Source of the DNA: Eledone cirrhosa
Lineage: Eukaryota
Assembly: GCA_964016885.1 (NCBI GenBank)
Contig: OZ024740.1
Span: 9,610,001-9,674,000 of the forward strand
Length of the DNA: 64,000 nt
Direction: 5' to 3'
Positions 7,812-22,800 of this stretch are shown piece after piece. Within the stretch, counting starts at the first letter, position 1; the number at the start of each line of letters is the position of its first letter. The translations under genes and the position numbers were made by a program. Below the pieces are notes generated by a model that did no database searches, was not told where the DNA came from, and saw nothing but the letters and a program-made list of their open reading frames with translations.

Positions 7812-10800
7812 GTAACAGAGAAGTTGGTAAGTAACCAGCGAGGTAGGTGTTATACCACACCTACTTAACATTTAACAGAAGTTAATTAACCAGCAATGAA
7901 GGTGCTATACCACACCTAGTTAACATTTAACAGAAGTTAATTAACCAGCAAGGTAGGGGCTATACCACACCTAGTTAACATATAACAGAAGTTAATTAAC
8001 CAGCAAGGTAGATATTATACCACACCTAGTTAATATATAACAGGGAAGTTAATTAACCAGAAAGGTAGGTGTTATACAACACCTAGTTAACATATAACAC
8101 GGAAGTTAATTAACCAGCAAGGTAGGTGTTATACCACACCTAGTTAACATATAACAGGGAAGTTAATTAACCAGGAATGTAGGTGTTATACCACACCTGG
8201 TTAACATATAACAGGGAACTTAATTAACCAGCAAGATAGGTATTATACCACACCTAGTTAACATATAACACGGAAGTTAATTAACCAGCAAGATAGGTAT
8301 TATACCACACCTAATTAACATATAACAGGGAAGTTAATTAACCGACAAGGTAGGTGTTATACCACATCTAGTTAGCATATAAAGGGAAGTTAATTAACCG
8401 GCAAGGTAGGTGTTATACCACATCTAGTTAACATATAACAGGGAAGTTAATTAACCGGCAAGGTAGGTGTTATATCACACCTGGTTAACATATAACAGGG
8501 AAGTTAATTAACCAGCAAGGTAGGTGTTATACCACACCTAGTTAACGTGTAACAAATAAGTTAATTAACCAGCAAGGAAGGTGTTATACCACACCTAGTT
8601 AACGTGTAACAAATAAGTTAATTAACCGGCAAGGTAGGTGTTATACCACACATAGTTAACATGTAACAGGGAACTTAATTAACCAGCAAAGTAGGTGTTA
8701 TACCACACCTAGTTAACATATAACTGGGAAGTTAATTAACCAGCAAGGTAGGTGTTATCCCACACCTAGTTAACATATAACAGGGAAGTTAATTAACCGG
8801 CAATGTAGGTGTTATACCACACCTAGTTAACATATAACAGGGAAGATAATTAACCAGCAAGGTAGGTGTTTTACCACACCTAGTTAACATGTAAAAGAGA
8901 AGTTAATTAACCAGGAAGATAGGTATTATACCACAACTAGTTAACGTATAACAGAGAAGTTAATTAACCAGGAAGGTAGGTGTTATATCACATCTAGTTA
9001 GCATATAACAATGAAGTTAATTAACCAGCAAGTTAGATATTATACCCCACCTACTTAACATATAAAAGAGCAGTTAATTAACCAGCAAGGTAGGTGTTAT
9101 ACCTCACCTAGTTAACATGTAACAAATAAGTTAATTAACCAGCGAGGTAGGTGTTATACCACACCTCGTTAACATATAACAGAGAAGTTAATTAACAAGC
9201 AAGGTAGGTGTTATACCACACCTAGTTAACATATAACAGGGAACTTAATTGACCAGCAAGGTAGGTATTATACCACACCTAGTTAACATATAAAGGGAAG
9301 TTAATTAACCGGCAAGGTAGGTGTTATACCACTCCTAGTTAACATAACAGGGAAGTTAATTAACCAGCAAGGTAGGTGTTATACCACACCTAGTTAACAT
9401 GTAACAGAGAAGTTGATTAACCAGGAAGGTAGGTGTTATGCCAAAATTAATTAACATATAACAGAGAATTTATTTAACCAGGAATGTAGGTGTTATACCA
9501 CACCTAGTTAACATATAACAGGGACGTTAATTAACCAGGAAGGTAGGTATTATAAAATACCTAGTTAACATATAACAGGGAAGTTAATTAACCCTTAGGT
9601 AGGTATTATACCACACCTAGTTAACATTTAACAGAGAAGTTAATTAACCAGCAAGTTAGGTATTATACCAAACTTAGCTAACATTTAACAGGTAAGTTAA
9701 TTAACCAGCAAGGTAGGTGTTATACCACACCTAGTTAACATATAACAGAGAAGTTAATTAACCAGCAAGGTAGGTGTTATACCACACATAGTTAACATGT
9801 AACAGCGAAGTTAATTAACAAGGATGGTAGGTGTTATACCACACCTAGTTAACATATAACAGGGAAGTTAATTAAGCAGCAAGGTAGGTGTTTTACCACA
9901 ACTAGTTAACATGTAACAGAGAAGTCAATTAACCAGCAAGGTAGGTGTTATAGCACACCTAGTTAACATATAACAGGGAACTTAATTAACCAGCAAGGTA
10001 GGTGTTATACCACACCTAGTTAACATATAACAGGGAACTTAATTAACCAGCAAGGTAGGTGTTATACCACACCTAGTTAACATATAACAGAGAAGTTAAT
10101 TAACCAGCAAGGTAGGTGTTATACCACACCTAGTTAACATTTAACAGAAAGGTTAATTAACAAGGAAGGTAGGTATTATACCACACCTAGTTAACATATA
10201 ACAGAGAAGTTAATTAACCAGCAAGATAGGTGTTATACCACACCTAGTTAACATATAACTGAGAAGTTAATTAACCAGGAAGGTAGGTATTATAAAGTAC
10301 CTAGTTAACATATCACAGGGAAGTTAATTAACCAAGAAGGTAGGTATTATACCACAGCTAGTTAACATATAACAGTGAAGTTAATTAACCAGGAAGGTAG
10401 GTGTTATGCCACACCTAGTTAACATATAAAAGAGATGTTAATTAACCAGGAAGGTAAGCATTATACCACAACTAGTTAACATGTGAAAGTGAATTTAACT
10501 AACCAGCAAGGTAGGTGTTATACCACACCTAGTTATCATGTAATGGGGAAGTTAATTAACCAGCAAGGTAGGTGTTATACCACACCTAGTTAACGTATAA
10601 CAGGGAAGTTTATTAACCGGCAAGATAGGTGTTATACCACATCTAGTTAACATTTAACAGAGAAGTTAATTAACCAGAAAGTTAGGTGTTATACCACACC
10701 TAGTTAACATATAACAGGGAATATAATTTACCGGCAACGTAGGTGTTATACCACACCTACTTAACATATAAAATAGAAGTTAATTAACCAGCAAGGTAGG

Positions 10801-13800
10801 TGTTATACCACACCTAGTTAACATGTAGCAGAGAAGTCAATTAACCAGCAAGGTAGGTGTTATACAACACATAGTTAACATATAACAGGGAACTTAATTA
10901 ACCAGCAAGGTAGGTATTATACCACACCTAGTTGACATATAAAGAGAAGTTAATTAACCGGCAAGGTAGGTGTTATACCACTCCTAGTTAACATAACATG
11001 GAAGTAAATTAACCAGCAAGTTAGGTGTTATACCACACCTAGTTGACATGTAACAGGAAAGTTGATTAACCAGGAAGGTAGGTGTTATACCACAATTAAT
11101 TAACATATAACAGGGAATTTATTTCACCAGGAAAGTAGGTGTCCTACCACACCTTGTTAACATATAACAGAGACCTTAATTAACCATCAAGGTAGTATTT
11201 ATACCACACCTAGTTAACATATAACAGAAAGGTTAATTAACGAGGAAGGTAGGTATTATACCACACCTAGTTAACATTTAACAGAGAAGTTAATTAACCA
11301 GCAAGGTAAGGTGTTATACCACACCTAGTTAACATATAACAGAAGTAAATTAACCAGCAAGGGAGGTGTTATACCACACCTAGTTAACATATAACAGGGA
11401 AATTAAATAACCCTTAGGTAGGTATTATACCACACCTAGTTAACATTTAACAGAGAAGTTAATTAACCAGGAAGGTAGGTGTTATACCACACCTAGTTAA
11501 CATATAACAGAAAGGTTAATTAACCAGCAAGATAGGTGTTATACCACACCTAGTTAACATTTAACAGAGAAGTTAATTAACCCTTAGGTAGGTATTATAC
11601 CACACCTAGTTAACATTTAACAGAGAAGTTAATTAACCAGGAAGATAGGTATTATACCACACCTAGTTAACGTATAACAGAGAAGTGAATTAACCAGGAA
11701 GGTAGGTGTTATACCACACCTAGTTAACATATAACAGAAACGTTAATTAACCAGCAAGGTAGGTGTTATACCACCCCTAGTTAACATATAACAGGGAACT
11801 TAATTAACCAGCAAGGTAGGTGTTATACCACACCTAGTTAACGTATAACAAGGAAGTTTATTAACCGGCAAGATAGGTATTATACCACAATTAGTTAACA
11901 TTTAACAGAGAAGTAAATTAACCAGCAAGGTAGGTGTTATACCACACCTAGTTAAAATATAACAGGAAAGTTAATTAACCAGTATGGTATGTGTTATACG
12001 ACACCTAGTTAACATATTAAGGGAAGCTACTTTACCTGCAAGGTAGCTGTTTTACCACATCTACTTAACATATAACAGGGAAGTTAATTAACCAGGAAGA
12101 TAGGTGTTATACCACAACTAGTTAATATGTAACAGAGAAGTTACTTAACCATCAGTGTATGTATTATACCACAGCTAGTTAACATATAACAGAGAAGTTA
12201 ATTAACAAGGAAAGTAGGTGTTACATCACACCTAGTTAACATATAACAATGAAGTTAATTAACCAGCAAGTTAGGTGTTATACCAAAATTAGTTAACATA
12301 TAACAGGTAAGTAAATTAACCAGCAAGGTAGGGGTTATACCACACCTGGTTAACATATAACAGGGAAGTTAATTAACCAGCAAGGTAGGTGTTATACCAC
12401 ACCTAGTTAACATATAACAGGGAAGTTAATTAACCAGCAACGTAGGTGTTATGCCACACCTAGTTAACATGTAACACAGAAGTTAATTAACCAGAGAGGT
12501 AGGTGTTATACCACGCCTAGTTAACGTGTAACAGAGAAGTTAATTAACCAGAAAGATAGGTATTATACCACACCTAGTTAATATGTAACAGAGAGTTTAA
12601 TTAACCAGCAAGGTAGGTGTTATGCCACAGCTAGTTGACATGTAACAGGCAAGTTAATTAACCAGCAAGGTAGGTGTTATACCACACCTAGTTAACATAT
12701 AACAGAAGTAAATTAACCAGCAAGGGAGGTGTTATACCACAACTAGTTAACATATAACAGGGAAATTAAATAACCCTTAGGTAGGTATTATACCACACCT
12801 AGTTAACATTTAACAGAGAAGTTAATTAACCAGGAAGGTAGGTATTATACCACACCTAGTTAACATTCAACAGAGAAGTTAATTAACCAGGAAGATAGGT
12901 ATTATACCACACCTAGTTAACGTATAACAGAGAAGTGAATTAACCAGGAAGGTAGGTGTTATACCACACCTAGTTAACATATAACAGAAACGTTAATTAA
13001 CCAGCAAGGTAGGTGTTATACCACCCCTAGTTAACATATAACAGGGAACTTAATTAACCAGCAAGGTAGGTGTTATACCACACCTAGTTAACGTATAACA
13101 GGGAAGTTTATTAACCGGCAAGATAGGTATTATACCACAATTAGTTAACATTTAACAGAGAAGTAAATTAACCAGCAAGGTAGGTGTTATACCACACCTA
13201 GTTAAAATATAACAGGAAAGTTAATTAACCAGTATGGTATGTGTTATACGACACCTAGTTAACATATTAAGGGAAGCTACTTTACCTGCAAGGTAGCTGT
13301 TTTACCACATCTAGTTAACATATAACAGGGAAGTTAATTAACCAGGAAGATAGGTGTTATACCACAACTAGTTAATATGTAACAGAGAAGTTACTTAACC
13401 ATCAGTGTATGTATTATACCACAGCTAGTTAACATATAACAGAGAAGTTAATCAACAAGGAAAGTAGGTGTTACATCACACCTAGTTAACATATAACAAT
13501 GAAGTTAATTAACCAGCAAGTTAGGTGTTATACCAAAATTAGTTAACATATAACAGGTAAGTAAATTAACCAGCAAGGTAGGGGTTATACCACACCTGGT
13601 TAACATATAACAGGGAAGTTAATTAACCAGCAAGGTAGGTGTTATACCACACCTAGTTAACATATAACAGGGAAGTTAATTAACCAGCAACGTAGGTGTT
13701 ATGCCACACCTAGTTAACATGTAACACAGAAGTTAATTAACCAGAGAGGTAGGTGTTATACCACGCCTAGTTAACGTGTAACAGAGAAGTTAATTAACCA

Positions 13801-16800
13801 GAAAGATAGGTATTATACCACACCTAGTTAATATGTAACAGAGAGTTCAATTAACCAGCAAGGTAGGTGTTATGCCACAGCTAGTTGACATGTAACAGGC
13901 AAGTTAATTAACCAGCAAGGTAGGTGTTATACCACACCTAGTTAACATGTAACAGAGAAGTTAATTAACCAGCAAGGTAGGTGTTATACCAAAATTAGTT
14001 AACATATAACAGGTAAGTAAATTAACCAGCAAGGTAGGTGTTATACCACACCTAGTTAACATATAACAGGAAATTTAATTAACCAACAAGGTAGGTATTA
14101 TACCACACCTAGTTAACATGTAACAAAGAAGATAATTAACCAGCAAAGTAGCTGTTATACCACACCTAGTTGACATGTAACAGGGAAGTCAATGAACCAG
14201 GAAGGTAGATGTTACACCACAACTAGTTAACATATGACAGCGAAGTTAATTAACCAGCAAGTTAATTGTTATATCACAACTAGCTAACATATAACAGAGA
14301 GGTTAATTAACCAGGAACGTAGGTGTTATACCACACCTAGTTAACATATAACAGAGAAGTTACTTAACCAGCAAGGTAAGTGTTATACCACATATAATTA
14401 ACATGTAACACAGAAGTTAATTAACCAGGGAGGGAGGTGTTATACCACACCTAGTTAACATATAACAGGGAAGTTAATTAACCAGGAAGGTAGGTATTAT
14501 ACCACACCTAGTTAACATATAACAGAGAAGTTAATTAACCAGCAAGGTGGGTGTTATACCACACCTAGTTAACATATAACAGAGAGGTTAATTAACCAGG
14601 AAGGTAGGTGTTATACCACTCCTAATTAATATGTAACAGAGAAGTTAATTAACCTGCAAGGTGGGTGTTATACCACACCTAGTTAACATGTAACAGAGAA
14701 GTTAATTAACCAGCAAGGTGGGTGTTATACCACACCTAGTTAACATGTAACAGAGAAGTTAATTAACCAGCAAGGTGGGTGTTATACCACACCTAGTTAA
14801 CATATAACAGAGAGGTTAATTAACCAGGAAGGTAGGTGTTATACCACTCCTAATTAATATGTAACAGAGAAGTTAATTAACCGGCAAGGTGGGTGTTATA
14901 CCACACCTAATTAATATGTAACAGAGAAGTTAATTAACCAGCAAAGTAGGTGTTATACCACACCTAGTTGACATGTAACAGAGAAGTTAATTAACCAGCA
15001 AGGTGGGTGTTATACCACACCTAGTTAACATGTAACAGAGAAGTTAATTAACCAGCAAGGTGGGTGTTATACCACACCTAGTTAACATGTAACAGAGAAG
15101 TTAATTAACCGGCAAGGTGGGTGTTATACCACAACTAGTTAACATGTAACAGAGAAGTTAATTAACCAGCAAGGTATGTGTTATACCACATATAATTAAC
15201 ATGTAACACAGAAGTTAATTAACCAGGGAGGGAGGTGTTATACCACACCTAGTTAACATGTAAGAGGGAATTTAATTAACCAGCAAGGTAGATATTATAC
15301 CACACCTAGTTAACATATAACAGGGAATTTAATTAACCAACATGGTAGGTGTTATACCACACCTAGTTAACATGTAACAGAGAAGTTAATTAACCATCAA
15401 GGTAGTATTTATCCCACACCTAGTTAACATATAACAGAATGGTTAATTAACAAGCAGGTAGGTGTTATACCACACCTAGTTAACATATAACAGGGACGTT
15501 AATTAACCAGCAAGTTAGGTATTATACCACACCTAGTTAACATTTAACATAGAAGTAAATTAACCAGCAGTGTATGTGTTATACCACACCTAGTTAACAT
15601 TTAACAGAGAAGTTAATTAACCAGCAAGGTAGGTATTATACCACACCTAGTTAACATATAACAGAAGTTAATTAACCAAGAAGGTAGGTATTATACTACA
15701 CCTAGTTAACATATAACAGGGAAGTTAATTAACCAGGAAGTTAGGTGTTATACCACACCTAGTTAACATATAACATGGAAGATAATTAACCGGCAACGTA
15801 GTTGTTATACCACACCTACATAACATATAATATAGAAGTTAATTAACCAGCAAGGTAGGTGTTATACCACATCTAGTTAACATGCAACAAAGAAGTTAAT
15901 TAACCAGCAAGGTAGGTGTTATACCACACCTAGTTAACATGTAACAAAGAAGTTAATTAACCAGCAAGGTAGGTGTTATACCACACATAGTTAACATGTA
16001 GCAGAGAAGTCAATTAACCAGCAAGGTAGGTGTTATACCACACCTAGTTAACATATAACAGGGAAGTTAATTAACCAGCAAGGTAGGAGTTATACCACAC
16101 CTAGTTAACATTATAACAGGGAAGTTAATTAACCAGCAAGGTAGGTGTTATACCACAACTAGTTAACATATAACAGGGAAGTTAATTAACCAGCAAGGTA
16201 GGTGTTATACCACACCTAGTTAACATATAACAGGGAAGTTAATTAACCAGCAAGGTAGGTGTTATACCACACCTAGTTAACATATAACAGTGAACTTAAT
16301 TAACCAGCAAGGTAGGTATTATGCCACACCTAGTTAACATATAAAGGGAAGTTAATTAACAGTCAAGGTAGGTGTAAAAACCACTCCTAGTTAACATACC
16401 AGGGAAGTAAATTAACCAGCAAGTTAGGTGTTATACCACACCTAGTAGACATGTAACAGGGAATTTAATTAACCAGGAAGGTAGGTGTTATACCACACCT
16501 AGTTAACATTTAACAGAGAAGTTAATTAACCAGCAAGGTAGGTGTTATACCACATCTAGTTAACATATAACAATGAAGTTAATTAACCAGCAAGGTAGGA
16601 GTTATACCACACCTAGTTAACATTATAACAGAGACGTTAATTAACCAGCAAGGTAGGTGTTTTACTACACCAAATTAACATGTAACAGAGAAGTTAATTA
16701 ACCAGGGAGGGAGGTGTTATACCACAGCTATTTAACATTTAACAGAGAAGTTAAGTAACCAGGAAGATAGGTATTATACCACACCTAGTTAACATATAAC

Positions 16801-19800
16801 AGAGGAGTTAATTAACCAGCAAGGTAGGTGGTATCCCACACCTAGTTAATATGTAACAGAGAAGTTACTTAACCATCAGGGTAGATATTATACCACGGCT
16901 AGTTAACATATAACAGAGAAGTTAATTAACAAGGAAAGTAGGTATTATATCGCAACTAGTTAACATATAACAATGAAGTTAATTAACCAGCAAGTTAGGT
17001 GTTATACCAAAATTAGTTTACATATAACAGGTAAGTAAATTAACCAGCAAGGTAGGTGTTATACCACATTGAGTCAAAATATAACAGAAGTTAATTAACC
17101 AGCAATGTCGGTGTTATAACACACTTAGTTAACATATAACAGGGAAATTAATTAACCAGGAAGGTAGGTATTATAAAACACCTAGTTAACGTATAACAGG
17201 GAAGTTAATTAACCCGAAGGTATGTGTTATACCACACCTAGTTAACATATAACAGAAGTTAATTAACCAGCAAGGTAGGTGTTATACCACACCTAGTTAA
17301 CATGTAACAGAGAAGTTAATTAACCAGCAAGATAGGTGTTATACCACACCTAGTTAATATGTAACAGCGAAGTTAATTAACCGGCTAGGTAGGTGTTATG
17401 CCACACCTAGTTAGCATTTAACAGAGAAGTTAATTAACCAGCAAGGTAGGTGTTATACCACACTTAGTTAAAATATAACAGAAGTTAATTAACCAGCAAT
17501 AACGTATAACAGGGGAGTTAATTAACAATCAAGGTAGCTGTTATACCACACCTAGTTAACATGTAACAGAGAAGTTAATTAACCAGCAAGATAGTTGATA
17601 TACCACACCTAGTTAATATGTAACAGAGAAGTTAATTAACCAGCAAGAAAGGTGTTATACCACACCTAATTAATATGTAACAGAGAAGTTAATTAACCAG
17701 CAAGGTAGGTGTTATACCGCAACTAGTTAACATATAACAGGGATGTTAATTAACCAGGAAGATAGGTATTATACCACACCTAGTTAACATATAATATGGA
17801 AGTTAATTAACCAGGAAGGTGTGTATTATACCACAACTAGTTAACATGTAACAGATAATTTAATTAACCAGCAAGGCATGTGCTATACCACACCTAGTTA
17901 ACATATTACGGATGTTAATTAACCAGAAAGGTAGTTGTTATACCACACCTAGTTAACATATAACAGGGAAGTTAATTAACCAGCAATGTAGGTGTTATAC
18001 CACACCTAGTTAACATATAATAGGGAAGTTAATTAACAAGCAAGGTAGGTGTTATACCACACCTAGTTAACATGTAACAGAGAAGTAAAATAACAAGGAA
18101 GGTAGGTGTTATACCACACCTACTTAACATATAACAGAAGTTAATTAACCCGGAAGGTAGGTATTATACCACACCTAGTTAACATATAACAGAAGTTAAT
18201 TAACCAGGAAGGAAGGTGTTATGCCACACCTAGTTAACATATAACAGAAGTTAATTAACCAGCAAGGTAGGTATTATACGACACCTAGTTAACATTTAAC
18301 AGAGATGTTAATTAACCAGCAAGGTAAGTGTTATACCACAACTATTTAACATATAACAGAAGTTAATTAACCAGCAAGGTAGGTGTTATACCACACCTAG
18401 TTAACATTTAACAGGAAAGTTAATTAACCAGCAAGGTAGGTGTTACACCACATCTAGTTAACATGTAACAGAGAAGTAAAATAACTACCAAGGTAGGTGT
18501 TATACCACATCTAGTTAACATATAATGGAGACCTTAATTAACCAGCAAGGTAGTATTTATCCCACACCTAGTTGACATATAACAGGGAATTTAATTAACC
18601 AGCAAGGTAGGTGTTATACCACACCTATTTAACATTTAACAGAGAAGTTAATTAACCAGCAAGGTAGGTGTTATACCACAGCTAGTTAACATTTAACAGA
18701 AAGGTTAATTAACAAGGAAGGTAGATGTTATGTGACACCTAGTTAAAGACATAATAGAGATGTTAATTAACCAGCAAGGTATGTATTATACCACAAATAG
18801 TTAACAAATAACAGGGAATTTAATTAACCGGCAAGGTAGATATTATACCACACCTAGTTAACATAGAACAGGGAAGTTAATTAACCAGGAAGGTAGGTGT
18901 TATACCACACATAGTTATCATAACAGGGAAGTTAATTAACCAGCAAGGATGGTGTTATACCACACCTAGTTAACATGTAACAGAGAAGTTAATTAACCAG
19001 CAAGGTAGGTGTTACACCACACCTAGTTAACATAAAAGAGAAGTTAATTGACCAGCAAGGTAGGTGTTATACCACACCTAGTTAACATTTAACAGGGAAG
19101 TTAATTAACCAGGAAGGTAGGTATTACACCACAACTAGTTAACGTATAACAGGGAAGTTAATTAACTAGCAAGTTAAGTGTTATACCACAACTAGTTAAC
19201 ATATAACAGGGAAGTTAATTAACCAGCAAGGTAAGGTGTTATATCACACCTAGTTAATGTATAACAGGGAAGTTAATTAACCAGCAAGGGAGGTGTTATA
19301 CCACACCTAGTTAACATATAACAGAAGTTAATTAAGCCGGAAGGTAGGTGTTATGCCACAACTAGTTAACATATAATAGAGATGTTAATTAACCATCAAG
19401 GTAGGTATTATACCACAATTAGTTAACATATAAAGGGAAGTTAATTTACCGGAAAGGTAGGTGTTATACCACAACTAGTTAACATGTAACAGAGAAGTTA
19501 ATTAACCTGAAAGATAGGTGTTATACCACACCTAGTTAACATATAACAGGGAAGTTAATTAACCAGCAATGTAGGTGTTATACCACACCTAGTTAACATA
19601 TAATAGGGAAGTTAATTAACAAGCAAGGTAGGTGTTATACCACACCTAGTTAACATGTAACAGAGAAGTAAAATAACAAGGAAGGTAGGTGTTATACCAC
19701 ACCTAGTTAACATATAACAGAAGTTAATTAACCCGGAAGGTAGGTATTATACCACACCTAGTTAACATATAACAGAAGTTAATTAACCAGCAAGGAAGGT

Positions 19801-22800
19801 GTTATGCCACACCTAGTTAACATATAACAGAAGTTAATTTACCTGCAAGGTGGGTGTTTTACCACACCTAGTTAACATTTAACAGAAGTTAATTAACCAG
19901 CAAGGTAGGTATTATACGACACCTAGTTAACATTTAACAGAGATGTTAATTAACCAGCAAGGTAAGTGTTATACCACAACTATTTAACATATAACAGAAG
20001 TTAATTAACCAGCAAGGTAGGTGTTATACCACACCTAGTTAACATTTAACAGGAAAGTTAATTAACCAGCAAGGTAGGTGTTACACCACATCTAGTTAAC
20101 ATGTAACAGAGAAGTAAAATAACTACCAAGGTAGGTGTTATACCACATCTAGTTAACATATAATGGAGACCTTAATTAACCAGCAAGGTAGTATTTATCC
20201 CACACCTAGTTGACATATAACAGGGAATTTAATTAACCAGCAAGGTAGGAGTTATACCACACCTAGTTAACATATAACAGGGAAGTTAATTAACCAGCAA
20301 GGTAGGAGTTATACCACACCTAGTTAACATTATAACAGGGAAGTTAATTAACCAGCAAGGTAGGTGTTATACCACAACTAGTTAACATATAACAGGGAAG
20401 TTAATTAACCAGCAAGGTAGGTGTTATACCACACCTAGTTAACATATAACAGGGAAGTTAATTAACCAGCAAGGTAGGTGTTATACCACACCTAGTTAAC
20501 ATATAACAGTGAACTTAATTAACCAGCAAGGTAGGTATTATGCCACACCTAGTTAACATATAAAGGGAAGTTAATTAACAGTCAAGGTAGGTGTAAAAAC
20601 CACTCCTAGTTAACATACCAGGGAAGTAAATTAACCAGCAAGTTAGGTGTTATACCACACCTAGTAGACATGTAACAGGGAATTTAATTAACCAGGAAGG
20701 TAGGTGTTATACCACACCTAGTTAACATTTAACAGAGAAGTTAATTAACCAGCAAGGTAGGTGTTATACCACATCTAGTTAACATATAACAATGAAGTTA
20801 ATTAACCAGCAAGGTAGGAGTTATACCACACCTAGTTAACATTATAACAGAGACGTTAATTAACCAGCAAGGTAGGTGTTTTACTACACCAAATTAACAT
20901 GTAACAGAGAAGTTAATTAACCAGGGAGGGAGGTGTTATACCACAGCTATTTAACATTTAACAGAGAAGTTAAGTAACCAGGAAGATAGGTATTATACCA
21001 CACCTAGTTAACATATAACAGAGGAGTTAATTAACCAGCAAGGTAGGTGGTATCCCACACCTAGTTAATATGTAACAGAGAAGTTACTTAACCATCAGGG
21101 TAGATATTATACCACGGCTAGTTAACCTATAACAGAGAAGTTAATTAACAAGGAAAGTAGGTATTATATCGCAACTGGTTAACATATAACAATGAAGTTA
21201 ATTAACCAGCAAGTTAGGTGTTATACCAAAATTAGTTTACATATAACAGGTAAGTAAATTAACCAGCAAGGTAGGTGTTATACCACATTGAGTCAAAATA
21301 TAACAGAAGTTAATTAACCAGCAATGTCGGTGTTATAACACACTTAGTTAACATATAACAGGGAAATTAATTAACCAGGAAGGTAGGTATTTTAAAACAC
21401 CTAGTTAACGTATAACAGGGAAGTTAATTAACCCGAAGGTATGTGTTATACCACACCTAGTTAACATATAACAGAAGTTAATTAACCAGCAAGGTAGGTG
21501 TTATACCACACCTAGTTAACATGTAACAGAGAAGTTAATTAACCAGCAAGATAGGTGTTATACCACACCTAGTTAATATGTAACAGCGAAGTTAATTAAC
21601 CGGCTAGGTAGGTGTTATACCACACCTAGTTAGCATTTAACAGAGAAGTTAATTAACCAGCAAGGTAGGTGTTATACCACACTTAGTTAAAATATAACAG
21701 AAGTTAATTAACCAGCAATAACGTATAACAGGGGAGTTAATTAACAATCAAGGTAGCTGTTATACCACACCTAGTTAACATGTAACAGAGAAGTTAATTA
21801 ACCAGCAAGATAGTTGATATACCACACCTAGTTAATATGTAACAGAGAAGTTAATTAACCAGCAAGAAAGGTGTTATACCACACCTAATTAATATGTAAC
21901 AGAGAAGTTAATTAACCAGCAAGGTAGGTGTTATACCGCAACTAGTTAACATATAACAGGGATGTTAATTAACCAGGAAGATAGGTATTATACCACACCT
22001 AGTTAACATATAATATGGAAGTTAATTAACCAGGAAGGTGTGTATTATACCACAACTAGTTAACATGTAACAGATAATTTAATTAACCAGCAAGGCATGT
22101 GCTATACCACACCTAGTTAACATATTACGGATGTTAATTAACCAGAAAGGTAGTTGTTATACCACACCTAGTTAACATATAACAGGGAAGTTAATTAACC
22201 AGCAATGTAGGTGTTATACCACACCTAGTTAACATATAATAGGGAAGTTAATTAACAAGCAAGGTAGGTGTTATACCACACCTAGTTAACATGTAACAGA
22301 GAAGTAAAATAACAAGGAAGGTAGGTGTTATACCACACCTACTTAACATATAACAGAAGTTAATTAACCCGGAAGGTAGGTATTATACCACACCTAGTTA
22401 ACATATAACAGAAGTTAATTAACCAGGAAGGAAGGTGTTATGCCACACCTAGTTAACATATAACAGAAGTTAATTAACCAGCAAGGTAGGTATTATACGA
22501 CACCTAGTTAACATTTAACAGAGATGTTAATTAACCAGCAAGGTAAGTGTTATACCACAACTATTTAACATATAACAGAAGTTAATTAACCAGCAAGGTA
22601 GGTGTTATACCACACCTAGTTAACATTTAACAGGAAAGTTAATTAACCAGCAAGGTAGGTGTTACACCACATCTAGTTAACATGTAACAGAGAAGTAAAA
22701 TAACTACCAAGGTAGGTGTTATACCACATCTAGTTAACATATAATGGAGACCTTAATTAACCGGCAAGGTAGTATTTATCCCACACCTAGTTGACATATA

